Assembly: GCF_016904945.1 (NCBI RefSeq)
Contig: NZ_JADIKF010000038.1
Span: forward strand, 228,241-292,240
Source: Dyella mobilis
GTDB taxonomy: Bacteria > Pseudomonadota > Gammaproteobacteria > Xanthomonadales > Rhodanobacteraceae
Length of the DNA stretch: 64,000 bases
Reading direction: 5' to 3'
Made by a program: the position numbers and the translations under genes. Below are positions 37,846 through 46,023 of this stretch, piece after piece. The number at the start of each line of letters is the position of its first letter. The stretch's first letter is position 1. Under the pieces are notes generated by a model, which ran no database searches, was not told where the DNA came from, and was given only the letters and a program-made list of their open reading frames with translations.

Positions 37846-40404
37846 TCAGAACTTGTACTTCACCTGGACATTCACTTCACGGCCTTCGATCGAGCGCGCC
37901 AGAATCACGCCGCCGCCGCTGGCAAAGCCGAACAGGCGCGCATTGCCTTCGGTGATGCCGATCTGGTTGGTCATGTTCGTGCCGCGCAAGGTGACCATCC
38001 AATCCTGGCCGATGTTGGCGATGGCGCCGATGGACAGATCGTAGTACGTGCCCAGCGGCTGCTGTTGCAGCTGGTCGCTGTAACGGTTGCCGATGTGCTC
38101 GTAGGTCATCCAGAACTTCATGCTGCCCCAACTGGTGGGGAACTCATACGCAGGCGTGACGCGGAACTGCAGGCGCGGCTGCCGGTCCATGTCCATGCCG
38201 TTGATGCTGCTGCACTGGTTGCTGCCGTCCTGCGCCACGTAGGGTACGCAACCGGCGTAGCCCGAGTAGTGGCCGTCCATGTAGTTGCCGCTCAGCGCCA
38301 CGGAGAAGTGATTGAACGGCTTGATCATCACCTGGGTATTGAGGCCCTTGGTGGTGGAGCCGTAGACCAGGTTGATCTGTCCGGTATCCAGCGTGATCGA
38401 ATACGGCACGCCGTAGAACAGGCGGCGATAGGCGCTGATGTCGGCATAGATCCACGGCGACTGGTATTTGAAGCCCAGTTCCATGTTGTGGATCTTCTCC
38501 ACCGGGGTGCTAGGCAGCGGCTGCACGTCGTCGAAGGTGGGCAGGAACACGCCGTCGTTCACGCGCGCGTACACGCTCATGTTGCTATTGATGGCGTAGT
38601 TGGCGCCGATCGTCCAGGACGGTGCGGTCTTGGAATACGACGGATGCTGGAAGCTGTCGATCAGGTATTCCGCATCGTTGTTGTACACCGTGTACGGATT
38701 GGCATCCAGGTCACCGGAGGCGGTGTTCTGGAACCAGCCGCCGATGTTGATGTACTGCACGCGCAGGCCGCCGTCGAAACGCCAGTTGCCGATATTCCAG
38801 GTGTCGGCCGCGAACAGGGCGGTGGTCATGGCGTGCCACTTTTCGTTGAACGCCATCCACGACTGCGGCTGGTTGTTCCAGAACAGGCCCTGGCCGTCGG
38901 TGAGCTGATAGGTGTTGGTGCCATCGGTGGCGCTCAACACGATCGGGTTGGGGTTGTTCTTGGCCTGCATCAGCATGTTCAGGCCGTCGTCTTCCTGGTG
39001 GAACTCCGAATACACCGCGGTGTAATTGCCCAGGGTCAGCGTGTTGCCGTCGAACAGATCCTTGCTGATGTGGAACTCGTTGCTGACCGACTGGATGCGC
39101 TTGTGAATGTATTCGGGGTTCTGGACGGTGACGTTTTCATTCAAGTTGGCCGGCTTGCCATTGGTGTAGGTCGCCGTCGTCGTGAGGTTGGCGGGCAAAC
39201 CGAAAGACTGTTCGTCGCTGGTGATGAAACTGCCCAGCGTCATCGGGTTCTGGCCGGTGCTGAAGAAGGCGCTGGTATCCATGTTGCCGCCCAGCAGGAT
39301 GAACTTGTCGGACAGCGACCAGCCGTTGTCGAAGTCCAGGTCCAGGTTGCCGCCAATCACGTGCACGTCGCCGCCCTGGCCGTTGGCCATGTCGATGTTC
39401 ATGCCGCCCGGCGCACAGCCGGCCGTGAAGCACGGGGTGGTCTGCAGGAACTGGAAGCGGTCGGCGTTGCTGCCGAAGGTGCCGGTAAGCGGGTTGAAGC
39501 CCGGATATGCCGAGAACTTGCCCGGCGCCGGATTGAGGATCGGCGTGTCGGTGACGAACTGGTTCTTGTCCTGCAGCTCGCGCGCATAAAACATGATCGA
39601 GCCGTGTTCCAGGTCGTGGCTCAACGTGGCAGTAAGCTGGCCACCCTTGTCGGAGGCGAACTGCGGATCGCGCACGCCGTCGGACTTGCGCCAGAAACCG
39701 CCGATGCTGCCGTACCAGCCGCTGTCTTTGCCGAACAACGGGAAACCGTAGAAACCGTCCAGGCGCACCATGCCTTCCGAACCGTAGGTGATGCCGACGT
39801 CGCCACCCGGCGTGGAGCTGCCTTCCTTCAGGATGAAGTTGGCGATCAGGCCGGGCTGGCCGTTGCCGTACAGCACCGAGGGGCCACCCTGCACGGCTTC
39901 CACGCGATCGATGGTGTCGTCGAGGCGGAACATCGCGTCGGTGAAGTATTCCCATTGCGGAAACAGCGGCGAGCCGTTGAGCTGCAAGGTGACGAACGGC
40001 GCGCCGCTGTCGGAGGGGAAGCCGGCCACTTCGATGTTGGCGCCGGTCTGGCCGCCGGAGGATTCCGGATACACACCGGGCGACATCTTCAACAGGTCCG
40101 CCGTGCTGAGCGGGTTGAGTTCCTTGATCTGTTCGCTGGTGGCGGTGGTGACCGAGTAGCTGGCGTCGATCTTGCGAATACCGCCGAAGCTGGAGTTGCC
40201 GGTGACCACGACCTGGTTGAGGGTGGTGGCGTTCTGCGTTGCGCCGGCCGCGTTCTTCGCGGCGGGCTTGGCCTGGCTGGGCTGGGTAGGCTGCGTACCG
40301 GTGGCCTGGGTCTGAGTGTCCTGGGCCTGCACTGCACCGGCCGTCAACAAAGCGCCTATGGCGACCGCCAGCGTGCGCCGGCTGATCTGCTTGCAAATGC
40401 TCAT
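37846..40404 (-). CDS. TonB-dependent outer-membrane receptor
   Basis: Signal peptide, plug, 22-strand barrel and a C-terminal …VQVKYKF terminal Phe. Start taken at MSICKQISRR…; the ORF frame extends to 40746. Confidence 0.85.
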   Translation of the reverse strand: MSICKQISRRTLAVAIGALLTAGAVQAQDTQTQATGTQPTQPSQAKPAAKNAAGATQNATTLNQVVVTGNSSFGGIRKIDASYSVTTATSEQIKELNPLSTADLLKMSPGVYPESSGGQTGANIEVAGFPSDSGAPFVTLQLNGSPLFPQWEYFTDAMFRLDDTIDRVEAVQGGPSVLYGNGQPGLIANFILKEGSSTPGGDVGITYGSEGMVRLDGFYGFPLFGKDSGWYGSIGGFWRKSDGVRDPQFASDKGGQLTATLSHDLEHGSIMFYARELQDKNQFVTDTPILNPAPGKFSAYPGFNPLTGTFGSNADRFQFLQTTPCFTAGCAPGGMNIDMANGQGGDVHVIGGNLDLDFDNGWSLSDKFILLGGNMDTSAFFSTGQNPMTLGSFITSDEQSFGLPANLTTTATYTNGKPANLNENVTVQNPEYIHKRIQSVSNEFHISKDLFDGNTLTLGNYTAVYSEFHQEDDGLNMLMQAKNNPNPIVLSATDGTNTYQLTDGQGLFWNNQPQSWMAFNEKWHAMTTALFAADTWNIGNWRFDGGLRVQYINIGGWFQNTASGDLDANPYTVYNNDAEYLIDSFQHPSYSKTAPSWTIGANYAINSNMSVYARVNDGVFLPTFDDVQPLPSTPVEKIHNMELGFKYQSPWIYADISAYRRLFYGVPYSITLDTGQINLVYGSTTKGLNTQVMIKPFNHFSVALSGNYMDGHYSGYAGCVPYVAQDGSNQCSSINGMDMDRQPRLQFRVTPAYEFPTSWGSMKFWMTYEHIGNRYSDQLQQQPLGTYYDLSIGAIANIGQDWMVTLRGTNMTNQIGITEGNARLFGFASGGGVILARSIEGREVNVQVKYKF

Positions 40405-40556
40405 TGAATCTACTCCCCGAGATTTCTGGCTGTTTTTTTCCAGGACCCATCGCGGCGACGCTTGCGCGCCGGCAGTTTCGGAGCCGCCTGCCCCTAGCTG
40501 CGTTCTGGCCACCGGCTTTGTTGCCGGTTGACGTGAGCTTAACTCAAAACATCGTA

Positions 40557-40568
40557 TTTGTACTACAA
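40557..40568. promoter_or_regulatory. GntR/FadR-type operator-like palindrome in TBDR/GntR divergent promoter
   Basis: TTGTA-c-TACAA (a GT-N-AC type core) in an AT-rich divergent region. Confidence 0.3.
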
Positions 40569-40891
40569 TAGTAACATACGCTTGAAATATGAAAGCGCAC
40601 CTGTGCCATTCGGCATGCCCAGTCGCTCCATCCCATCGACCAAGCCATTCGCCGCAGGGGGTGAGCGTACCGAAAGCGGGCGCTACGGCTCTGATTTGCA
40701 AGGCTTCCGGGCATTGCCGGGTGGCCGCCACGTGCGCGCCACGCAAAGCTCACACAATATGTTTGTATGATAAATTTTGTCGACCGTTGCGCTGCAGCAA
40801 ATCGTGACGCCGCACCCTCATGGCAGACGGCCTTGCACGCACCTGGTACGCGGCAAGGCAACGAACGCCGAGTTACGGAGAAACCTCGAAG

Positions 40892-41626
40892 ATGAAAGCT
40901 ACGGATGCGCGCAATTTGCACGGCCACGTGGTGCGGGAAGTCGGCAAGCGGATCGTCACCGGCGAACTGAAGCCGGGCGAGGTGCTGCCGCGCGAGGAAG
41001 CGCTGGCCGAAAGCATGAGCGTCAGCCGCACCGCGCTGCGCGAAGCCTTGAAGGTGCTCACGGCCAAGGGCCTGATCGAAGCGCGGCCGAAGATCGGCAC
41101 GCGCGTGCGCCCGATGGAATTCTGGAACCAGCTCGATGCCGACGTGCTGTCCTGGCGCTGCGCCTCGATGCCGACCGACGATTTCATCGACAAGCTGGTG
41201 GAGATGCGCGAGATCATCGAACCGGCCGCCGCTGCCGCCGCCGCGCGCAAGCGCACCGCCGCGCAGCTGGCGAAGATCGATACCGCGTATCACCAGATGG
41301 AAGCTTCCCGCACGTCCGACGAATGGGCGGTGGCCGATCTGAACTTCCACGATGCAGTGCTGCAGGCCACCGGCAACGAGTTGATGATCTCGCTGTTTTC
41401 CGTGGTCGAGAGCGCGCTGGGCATGTTCTTCGTGCTGTCGGCGCAGACGGCCGGCGACTTCAAGTATTCGCTGCCGCACCATCAGAAGGTGCTGGACGCG
41501 GTACGCCGCCAACAACCGGAAGTGGCGCGCAAGGCGATGCAGGCGATGATTGCCGACTCGCAGGCGAATCTGCACAAGCGCCGCAAGGTCGCGGTGAAAA
41601 AATCAGCCGAAACCCGGCAAAAATAA
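40892..41626 (+). CDS. GntR family transcriptional regulator (FCD/FadR C-terminal domain)
   Basis: wHTH (…REEALAESMSVSRTALREALKVLTAKGLIEARPKIGTRV) and an FCD domain. Start at MKATDARN…; the ORF frame extends to 40820. Confidence 0.8.
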   Translation: MKATDARNLHGHVVREVGKRIVTGELKPGEVLPREEALAESMSVSRTALREALKVLTAKGLIEARPKIGTRVRPMEFWNQLDADVLSWRCASMPTDDFIDKLVEMREIIEPAAAAAAARKRTAAQLAKIDTAYHQMEASRTSDEWAVADLNFHDAVLQATGNELMISLFSVVESALGMFFVLSAQTAGDFKYSLPHHQKVLDAVRRQQPEVARKAMQAMIADSQANLHKRRKVAVKKSAETRQK

Positions 41627-41771
41627 TGGCGTGCCGCGACGACTCGCGGCACCGGCCACACCCGCAGACGCTGCGACTTACAGGCGGCTGACGAGCGCCG
41701 GGGGCGCATCCGTCCATGACAAATGTATTGCAATCAAGCCAATGAGGCTCGCTTCACAGATGCCCGGCATG

Positions 41772-41800
41772 CTACTTAAAGTCTGTAGACACATAGAGTG
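41772..41800 (+). promoter_or_regulatory. C-box-like tandem palindromes abutting the C-gene GTG start
   Basis: tACTtaaAGTC-TGTA-GACacatAGag|TG: the first box is a perfect GACT-N3-AGTC-type palindrome and the second is degenerate and overlaps the start codon. The arrangement resembles PvuII-type C-box operators on leaderless C genes. Confidence 0.45.
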
Positions 41801-42040
41801 CAGAATTCCAGATTTGGCGGCGTGACACATTCCAAAGAAGCCAAGAAGTTCGGCGACACCGTTCGGCGAATGCGAGAGGCAGCGGGCATTTCGCAGGAAG
41901 AACTCGCAGCTCGATGCGGCCTGCATAGAACCTATGTAGGTTCGGTGGAGCGGGGAGAAAGGAATATCAGCCTGGCAAATATCGTCCGCCTCGCGCGGGC
42001 GCTGCATGCCAAACCCGGTTCTTTATTGGAGGATGCGTGA
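41798..42040 (+). CDS. Restriction-modification controller (C) protein, XRE-family HTH
   Basis: 80-aa HTH (…MREAAGISQEELAARCGLHRTYVGSVERGERNISLANIVRLARAL). GTG start; GTGA overlap with the downstream nuclease gene; lies in a low-GC island. Confidence 0.7.
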   Translation: MQNSRFGGVTHSKEAKKFGDTVRRMREAAGISQEELAARCGLHRTYVGSVERGERNISLANIVRLARALHAKPGSLLEDA

Positions 42041-42642
42041 TGCAAGGACCGTATCATCAGTTATCGCAAGAGCTTTGGAGCCACAAAACCGACGAACTCA
42101 TCGCAGCGTTTCCATTGCGCATGAACGAACTGGTCGAAATCGTTCTCTCCAGCTGGAGCGACATTTTCAAGACGACCGTCGGCGCCAGAAAGTTCGCCAT
42201 CGGGCAGCAGCTGATCTTTCCGCCGCAGGTACTGGGCAGCATGCTGGAGCAGCTCATCGGCCACGAACTGAGCGAGCGACACCCCTGGCAATGGCGCCTG
42301 GGGAGTGAAGCGAGCGAAAAGGACGTGGTTTGCATTCCCGACTCGAACTTTTCATTCGAAATCAAAACCTCCTCGCACCGCTCGCAGATCTTCGGCAACA
42401 GAAGCTATGCGCAGCCGACCGAGAACGGCAAAAAGAGCAAGTCGGGTTATTACCTGGCTGTCAATTTCGACAAGGTCGAGCGAAACGCAAAAGATCCGAG
42501 CATCCGGAAAATCCGCTTCGGCTGGCTGGACCACAGCGACTGGCGCGGACAGGCTGCCGCCACCGGACAGCAGGCAAACTTGTCAGTCGAAGTCGCCCGC
42601 CACAAGCTCCGCACCCTTTACGAAGGAAGCGCCAGCAAATGA
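42037..42642 (+). CDS. Putative type II restriction endonuclease (PD-ExK)
   Basis: Co-transcribed with the C gene. PD…E-x-K candidate motif (CIPDSNFSFEIKTS). Low GC; converges with and overlaps the MTase gene 3' end. Confidence 0.5.
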   Translation: MMQGPYHQLSQELWSHKTDELIAAFPLRMNELVEIVLSSWSDIFKTTVGARKFAIGQQLIFPPQVLGSMLEQLIGHELSERHPWQWRLGSEASEKDVVCIPDSNFSFEIKTSSHRSQIFGNRSYAQPTENGKKSKSGYYLAVNFDKVERNAKDPSIRKIRFGWLDHSDWRGQAAATGQQANLSVEVARHKLRTLYEGSASK

Positions 42643-43521
42643 CAAATGGCCTTGCGCAGCGTTGCGCTCGGCAACTTCCTGGAGATTGTCGAGCCGGCGC
42701 TCGATGATCTCCAGGTATTTCGATTCCACTTCGAAACCCAGCGACAAGCGGCCGGTTTTCCTGGCGACCGCCGCCGTGGTGCCGGAACCGGCAAACGGAT
42801 CCATCACCAGCGCTCCCGGCTGGCTGCATGCGCGCACGATGCGCTCGATCACCGCCACCGGAAATTGTGCGGGGTGAGAGGTGCGTTCCACCGATGAGCG
42901 GTTCGCACCGGAAGTGACCTTGGCGATTTGCCACACGTCCGTGGGATTCTTGCCCAACGGATTGCATTTCAGTTTCCCGTTCTTCTTTTGATTGGGATAC
43001 TTGACGTTCGGATCGCGCACGTCGTCCAGGTTGAACACGTAGTCCAGCTGGTTTTTCACGTACCACAGGAATTTTTCGTTCCTGGGCGAGAAATTGCGCT
43101 TCGACGCCACACCCGCACCGTAATTCCAGACGATTTCCTGAATTAGGAAAAACGGAACCTTGTCCCACAGCAGATAGGGAATGGGCAGGCATTTGGCCTG
43201 ATTGGGCAGCGACAGATAACCCACGTTCAACCAGAACGCGGCGCTTTCGCGCGATATGCGATGCACCTGCGCGATCCAGCTTGCACACCAGTCGACGTAT
43301 TTTTCGACGGCGAGCTTGTTCTCGTATTCCTTGCCGATGTTGTAGGGCGGCGAGGTAACGGTCAGGTCGACCAGCTCCTGCGGCATCGCCTGCATGGCTT
43401 GCAGGCAGTCGCGCTGGTAGATCAACACTCCGGGACGTTCTATGTCTGGCCGGCCCAAGGCTTCGCGAAGGGCGCCAAGGATGCGTTCGGAGTGTTTCTT
43501 CGACGTCATGTTGCTGCTCAT
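42583..43521 (-). CDS. Beta-class DNA amino-methyltransferase (likely N4-cytosine; SPPY motif IV before FxGxG motif I)
   Basis: TSPPYNIGKEY (motif IV) near the N-terminus and DPFAGSGTT (motif I) near the C-terminus. Start at MSSNMTSKK…; the ORF frame extends to 43611. Confidence 0.75.
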   Translation of the reverse strand: MSSNMTSKKHSERILGALREALGRPDIERPGVLIYQRDCLQAMQAMPQELVDLTVTSPPYNIGKEYENKLAVEKYVDWCASWIAQVHRISRESAAFWLNVGYLSLPNQAKCLPIPYLLWDKVPFFLIQEIVWNYGAGVASKRNFSPRNEKFLWYVKNQLDYVFNLDDVRDPNVKYPNQKKNGKLKCNPLGKNPTDVWQIAKVTSGANRSSVERTSHPAQFPVAVIERIVRACSQPGALVMDPFAGSGTTAAVARKTGRLSLGFEVESKYLEIIERRLDNLQEVAERNAAQGHLSFAGASFVKGAELVAGDFD

Positions 43522-43594
43522 GGTAGGCGAGGCCCCAAAGTGAGTCCAGACAAGGGACCCCTGCCTCGCCGCGCCATTATAGCGGTGGAAGCTG

Positions 43595-44959
43595 CTAGGG
43601 CCTCTCAGCACTCAGCACCGTATCCAGCTTGTCCAGAAACTCCTCCGCATTCGCCTGGCTGAAGACGATCGGCGGCTTGATCTTCAACACGTTGTCGTCC
43701 GGACCTTCGGTCGACAGCAAGATGTGGCGGTCCTTCATGGCCTCCACCACGTCCTTGGCCTTTTGCCGGTCCGGCGTGCGCGCACCGCGCTCGCTCACCA
43801 GTTCGGCGCCGATGAACAGGCCGCGTCCGCGCACCTCGCCGATGCATTCGTGCCGTTGCTGCAAATCGCGCAGGCCATCCATCAGGAAGTTGCCGACGCA
43901 TTGCGCATTGGCCTGCAGTTGTTCCTCGGCAATCACGTCGAGTACGGCGAGTGCGATGGCGCAGGACACCGGGTTGCCGCCGAAGGTGTTGAAGTATTCC
44001 ATGCCGGTGATGAAGCTCGCCGCGATGTCCGGCGTGGTCACCACCGCGCCGATCGGATGGCCGTTGCCGATCGGCTTGCCCAGGGTGACGATGTCCGGCA
44101 CAACGTCCTGGCATTGGAATGCCCAGAAGTGTTCGCCGGCACGACCGAAGCCGACCTGCACTTCGTCGGCCAGGCACACGCCGCCGGCAGCGCGCACGTC
44201 GGCATACGCTTGGGCCAGGTAGCCCTGCGGCAGCACGATCTGGCCGCCGCAGCCGAGCAGCGATTCGCAATAGAACGCGGCCGTCTCGACTCCGCGCTGG
44301 TGCAGGCCGGCCATGGCCGGCGCCAACAGCTGGCCGTATTGGCGGCCGGCATCGGGGCCTTCGCCGAACAGGCCGCGATAGGTATCGGGCATGGCGACCA
44401 CGCCGACGTGCGGTGCGCGGCCTTCGCCGCCCTTGCCGTTGAATTTGTACGGGCTCAACTCGACCATCGACGGCGAATGGCCGTGATAGGCGTGATCGAC
44501 CACCACCACGCCGCGCGCCTTCGTGTGCGCACGCGCCAGGCGCAGGGCAAGGTCGTTGGCCTCCGTACCGGAGTTGGTGAGGAACACCACCGACAGCGGC
44601 TTGGGCAAGGTGGCGGTGAGGCGCAACGCGTATTCGACGATGTTGTCGTGCAGATAGCGCGTGTTGGTATTGAGCTGCGCCATCTGCGCCTGCCCGGCCG
44701 CGACCACGCGCGGATGGCAGTGGCCGACGTGGCAGACGTTGTTGACCATGTCCATATAGGCCTGGCCCTGCTGGTCGTACAGCCAGATGCCTTCGCTGCG
44801 CACGATCTTCAGCGGTTCGCGATACGACACGCTGAGCGTGGGATTGAGCAGCTCCCTGCGCAATTGCAGGATTTCCTGGTTGCCGCGCTGGGGCACGCCA
44901 TCGAGCACGGTGCGGTGAGCGGTATCAATCATGGCTGGATTCCAGAAAGGGGCCGGCAA
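43595..44959 (-). CDS. Class III (aspartate aminotransferase family) PLP enzyme, AGXT2L-like
   Basis: Class-III aminotransferase fold with a PLP lysine region (…TLGKPIGNGHPIGAV…). The start may be the internal MIDTAH… (44932). Confidence 0.75.
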   Translation of the reverse strand: MPAPFWNPAMIDTAHRTVLDGVPQRGNQEILQLRRELLNPTLSVSYREPLKIVRSEGIWLYDQQGQAYMDMVNNVCHVGHCHPRVVAAGQAQMAQLNTNTRYLHDNIVEYALRLTATLPKPLSVVFLTNSGTEANDLALRLARAHTKARGVVVVDHAYHGHSPSMVELSPYKFNGKGGEGRAPHVGVVAMPDTYRGLFGEGPDAGRQYGQLLAPAMAGLHQRGVETAAFYCESLLGCGGQIVLPQGYLAQAYADVRAAGGVCLADEVQVGFGRAGEHFWAFQCQDVVPDIVTLGKPIGNGHPIGAVVTTPDIAASFITGMEYFNTFGGNPVSCAIALAVLDVIAEEQLQANAQCVGNFLMDGLRDLQQRHECIGEVRGRGLFIGAELVSERGARTPDRQKAKDVVEAMKDRHILLSTEGPDDNVLKIKPPIVFSQANAEEFLDKLDTVLSAERP

Positions 44960-45962
44960 TGGCCCCGCGGTCGATGTCGGCGAGATGCCGCAGCAAGGCG
45001 CGCACGCCTCGTTGCGACACCATGATGAAGGGATTGTCGGGATCTTCCCGATGCGCCCGGGTGGCCATCAATACGCTGTGGCACAGGCGCGCAAGAATGA
45101 AGTCGTGCAGGTGTTCCAGTTCCGCGCGTTGCAGCGGGCATGCGGCGAGATAGCCGCCGACGATGGTGCGTGCGCAAGCCATCGGGTCTGCCTCGTGCTG
45201 CATGGCGTAGGTGCAGGCGATGGCCAGGTCGGCCAGACGGAAGCTGGTGCACATGTCGCCGAAATCGATGACGGCGCTGACGCGCGGCACATCGTCGCCG
45301 ACCGCCACGATCACGTTCAGATCGTTGGCATCGTTGTGCAGGACGGCGATCGGCAGGCGTTTGCGCCACTCGGGCAGGTGCGCGCAGAAGGCATCCAGAT
45401 GGGCCTGCACGATGGCGCGCAGACCCTCATCCTCGATGCCGCTAATTTCGCCGCGCAGCTCCGGCAGGCGCAGCAGGTTCCAGTCGTGCCTGCGATCGGC
45501 GGCGGGGTGTTCGAAGCCCTGCAAGCCGCGCGTGAGCAAGCCGACCGCACGGCCGAGACTCGCATGCAGGATTTCGCGCTGCGCCGGCCCTAGGCCCTCG
45601 ATCACTTCCGCATATGTACAGCCCGGCACGAAGCTCACCATCCGTACGTGACAGGTTTGCCCGTGGATGGGCAGGGTCAGCAGGTGCTGCCCGTCCGTCG
45701 CGCGCTGCACCTGGGGCCAGTGCAGGCCGGGCTCGCGCGCGGCCAGCGTCATCATGGCCAGGTTTTCCAGCTCCAGGTCCGGGCGCGACCAGGACGGATG
45801 CGCCACTTTCAGCACGTACTCGCCGGCGGCGCTGCGGATGCGGAAGTTCTGGTCTGCGTAAGAAGGCAGCGCGCTGACGGTGCCGCGGATGTGCCAATGG
45901 CGGTCGGCCAGTTGCAGCGCTTCGTCGGGGGTCAGAACATCCATAAGTTCGCGCGCGGCCAA
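44925..45962 (-). CDS. Aminoglycoside-phosphotransferase (APH)/homoserine-kinase-II family kinase
   Basis: APH-like fold (…VLHNDANDLNVIV…VIDFGDM…). Confidence 0.7.
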   Translation of the reverse strand: MAARELMDVLTPDEALQLADRHWHIRGTVSALPSYADQNFRIRSAAGEYVLKVAHPSWSRPDLELENLAMMTLAAREPGLHWPQVQRATDGQHLLTLPIHGQTCHVRMVSFVPGCTYAEVIEGLGPAQREILHASLGRAVGLLTRGLQGFEHPAADRRHDWNLLRLPELRGEISGIEDEGLRAIVQAHLDAFCAHLPEWRKRLPIAVLHNDANDLNVIVAVGDDVPRVSAVIDFGDMCTSFRLADLAIACTYAMQHEADPMACARTIVGGYLAACPLQRAELEHLHDFILARLCHSVLMATRAHREDPDNPFIMVSQRGVRALLRHLADIDRGAIAGPFLESSHD

Positions 45963-45991
45963 TATTGCGGGAGGTCAAATAGTAGTATAAG

Positions 45992-46013
45992 TTGACATTT
46001 GAATTCAGCTGAA
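45992..46013 (+). promoter_or_regulatory. Putative promoter -35 (TTGACA) and operator-like palindrome TTCAGCTGAA upstream of the beta-galactosidase gene
   Basis: TTGACA at 45992-45997 and a perfect 10-bp palindrome at 46004-46013, ending 10 bp before the ATG at 46024. Confidence 0.35.
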
Positions 46014-46023
46014 GGCTTATCGC

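Noticed and set aside
35386-40407. Very long plus-strand ORFs (779 aa, 880 aa) antisense to the glycoside hydrolase and TonB receptor genes
   Set aside because: These are antisense open frames with low-complexity R/G/A-rich translations and no motifs; the opposite-strand genes have strong family signatures. The same applies to 329-955, 980-1963, 14449-16125, 59631-61955 and 30083-32080.
42305-42877. 190-aa plus-strand ORF overlapping the R/M junction
   Set aside because: It is an alternative frame across the endonuclease 3' end and antisense to the MTase, with R/S/T-rich low-complexity translation.
43596-43612. 17-mer tagggcctctcagcact resembling the IR terminus tagggcctgttagcact of the 2616-2888 element (15/17), at the R-M island edge
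   Set aside because: It falls within the last codons (SAERP*) of the aminotransferase gene, and the island's other edge has no matching inverted copy. It is most likely coincidence.
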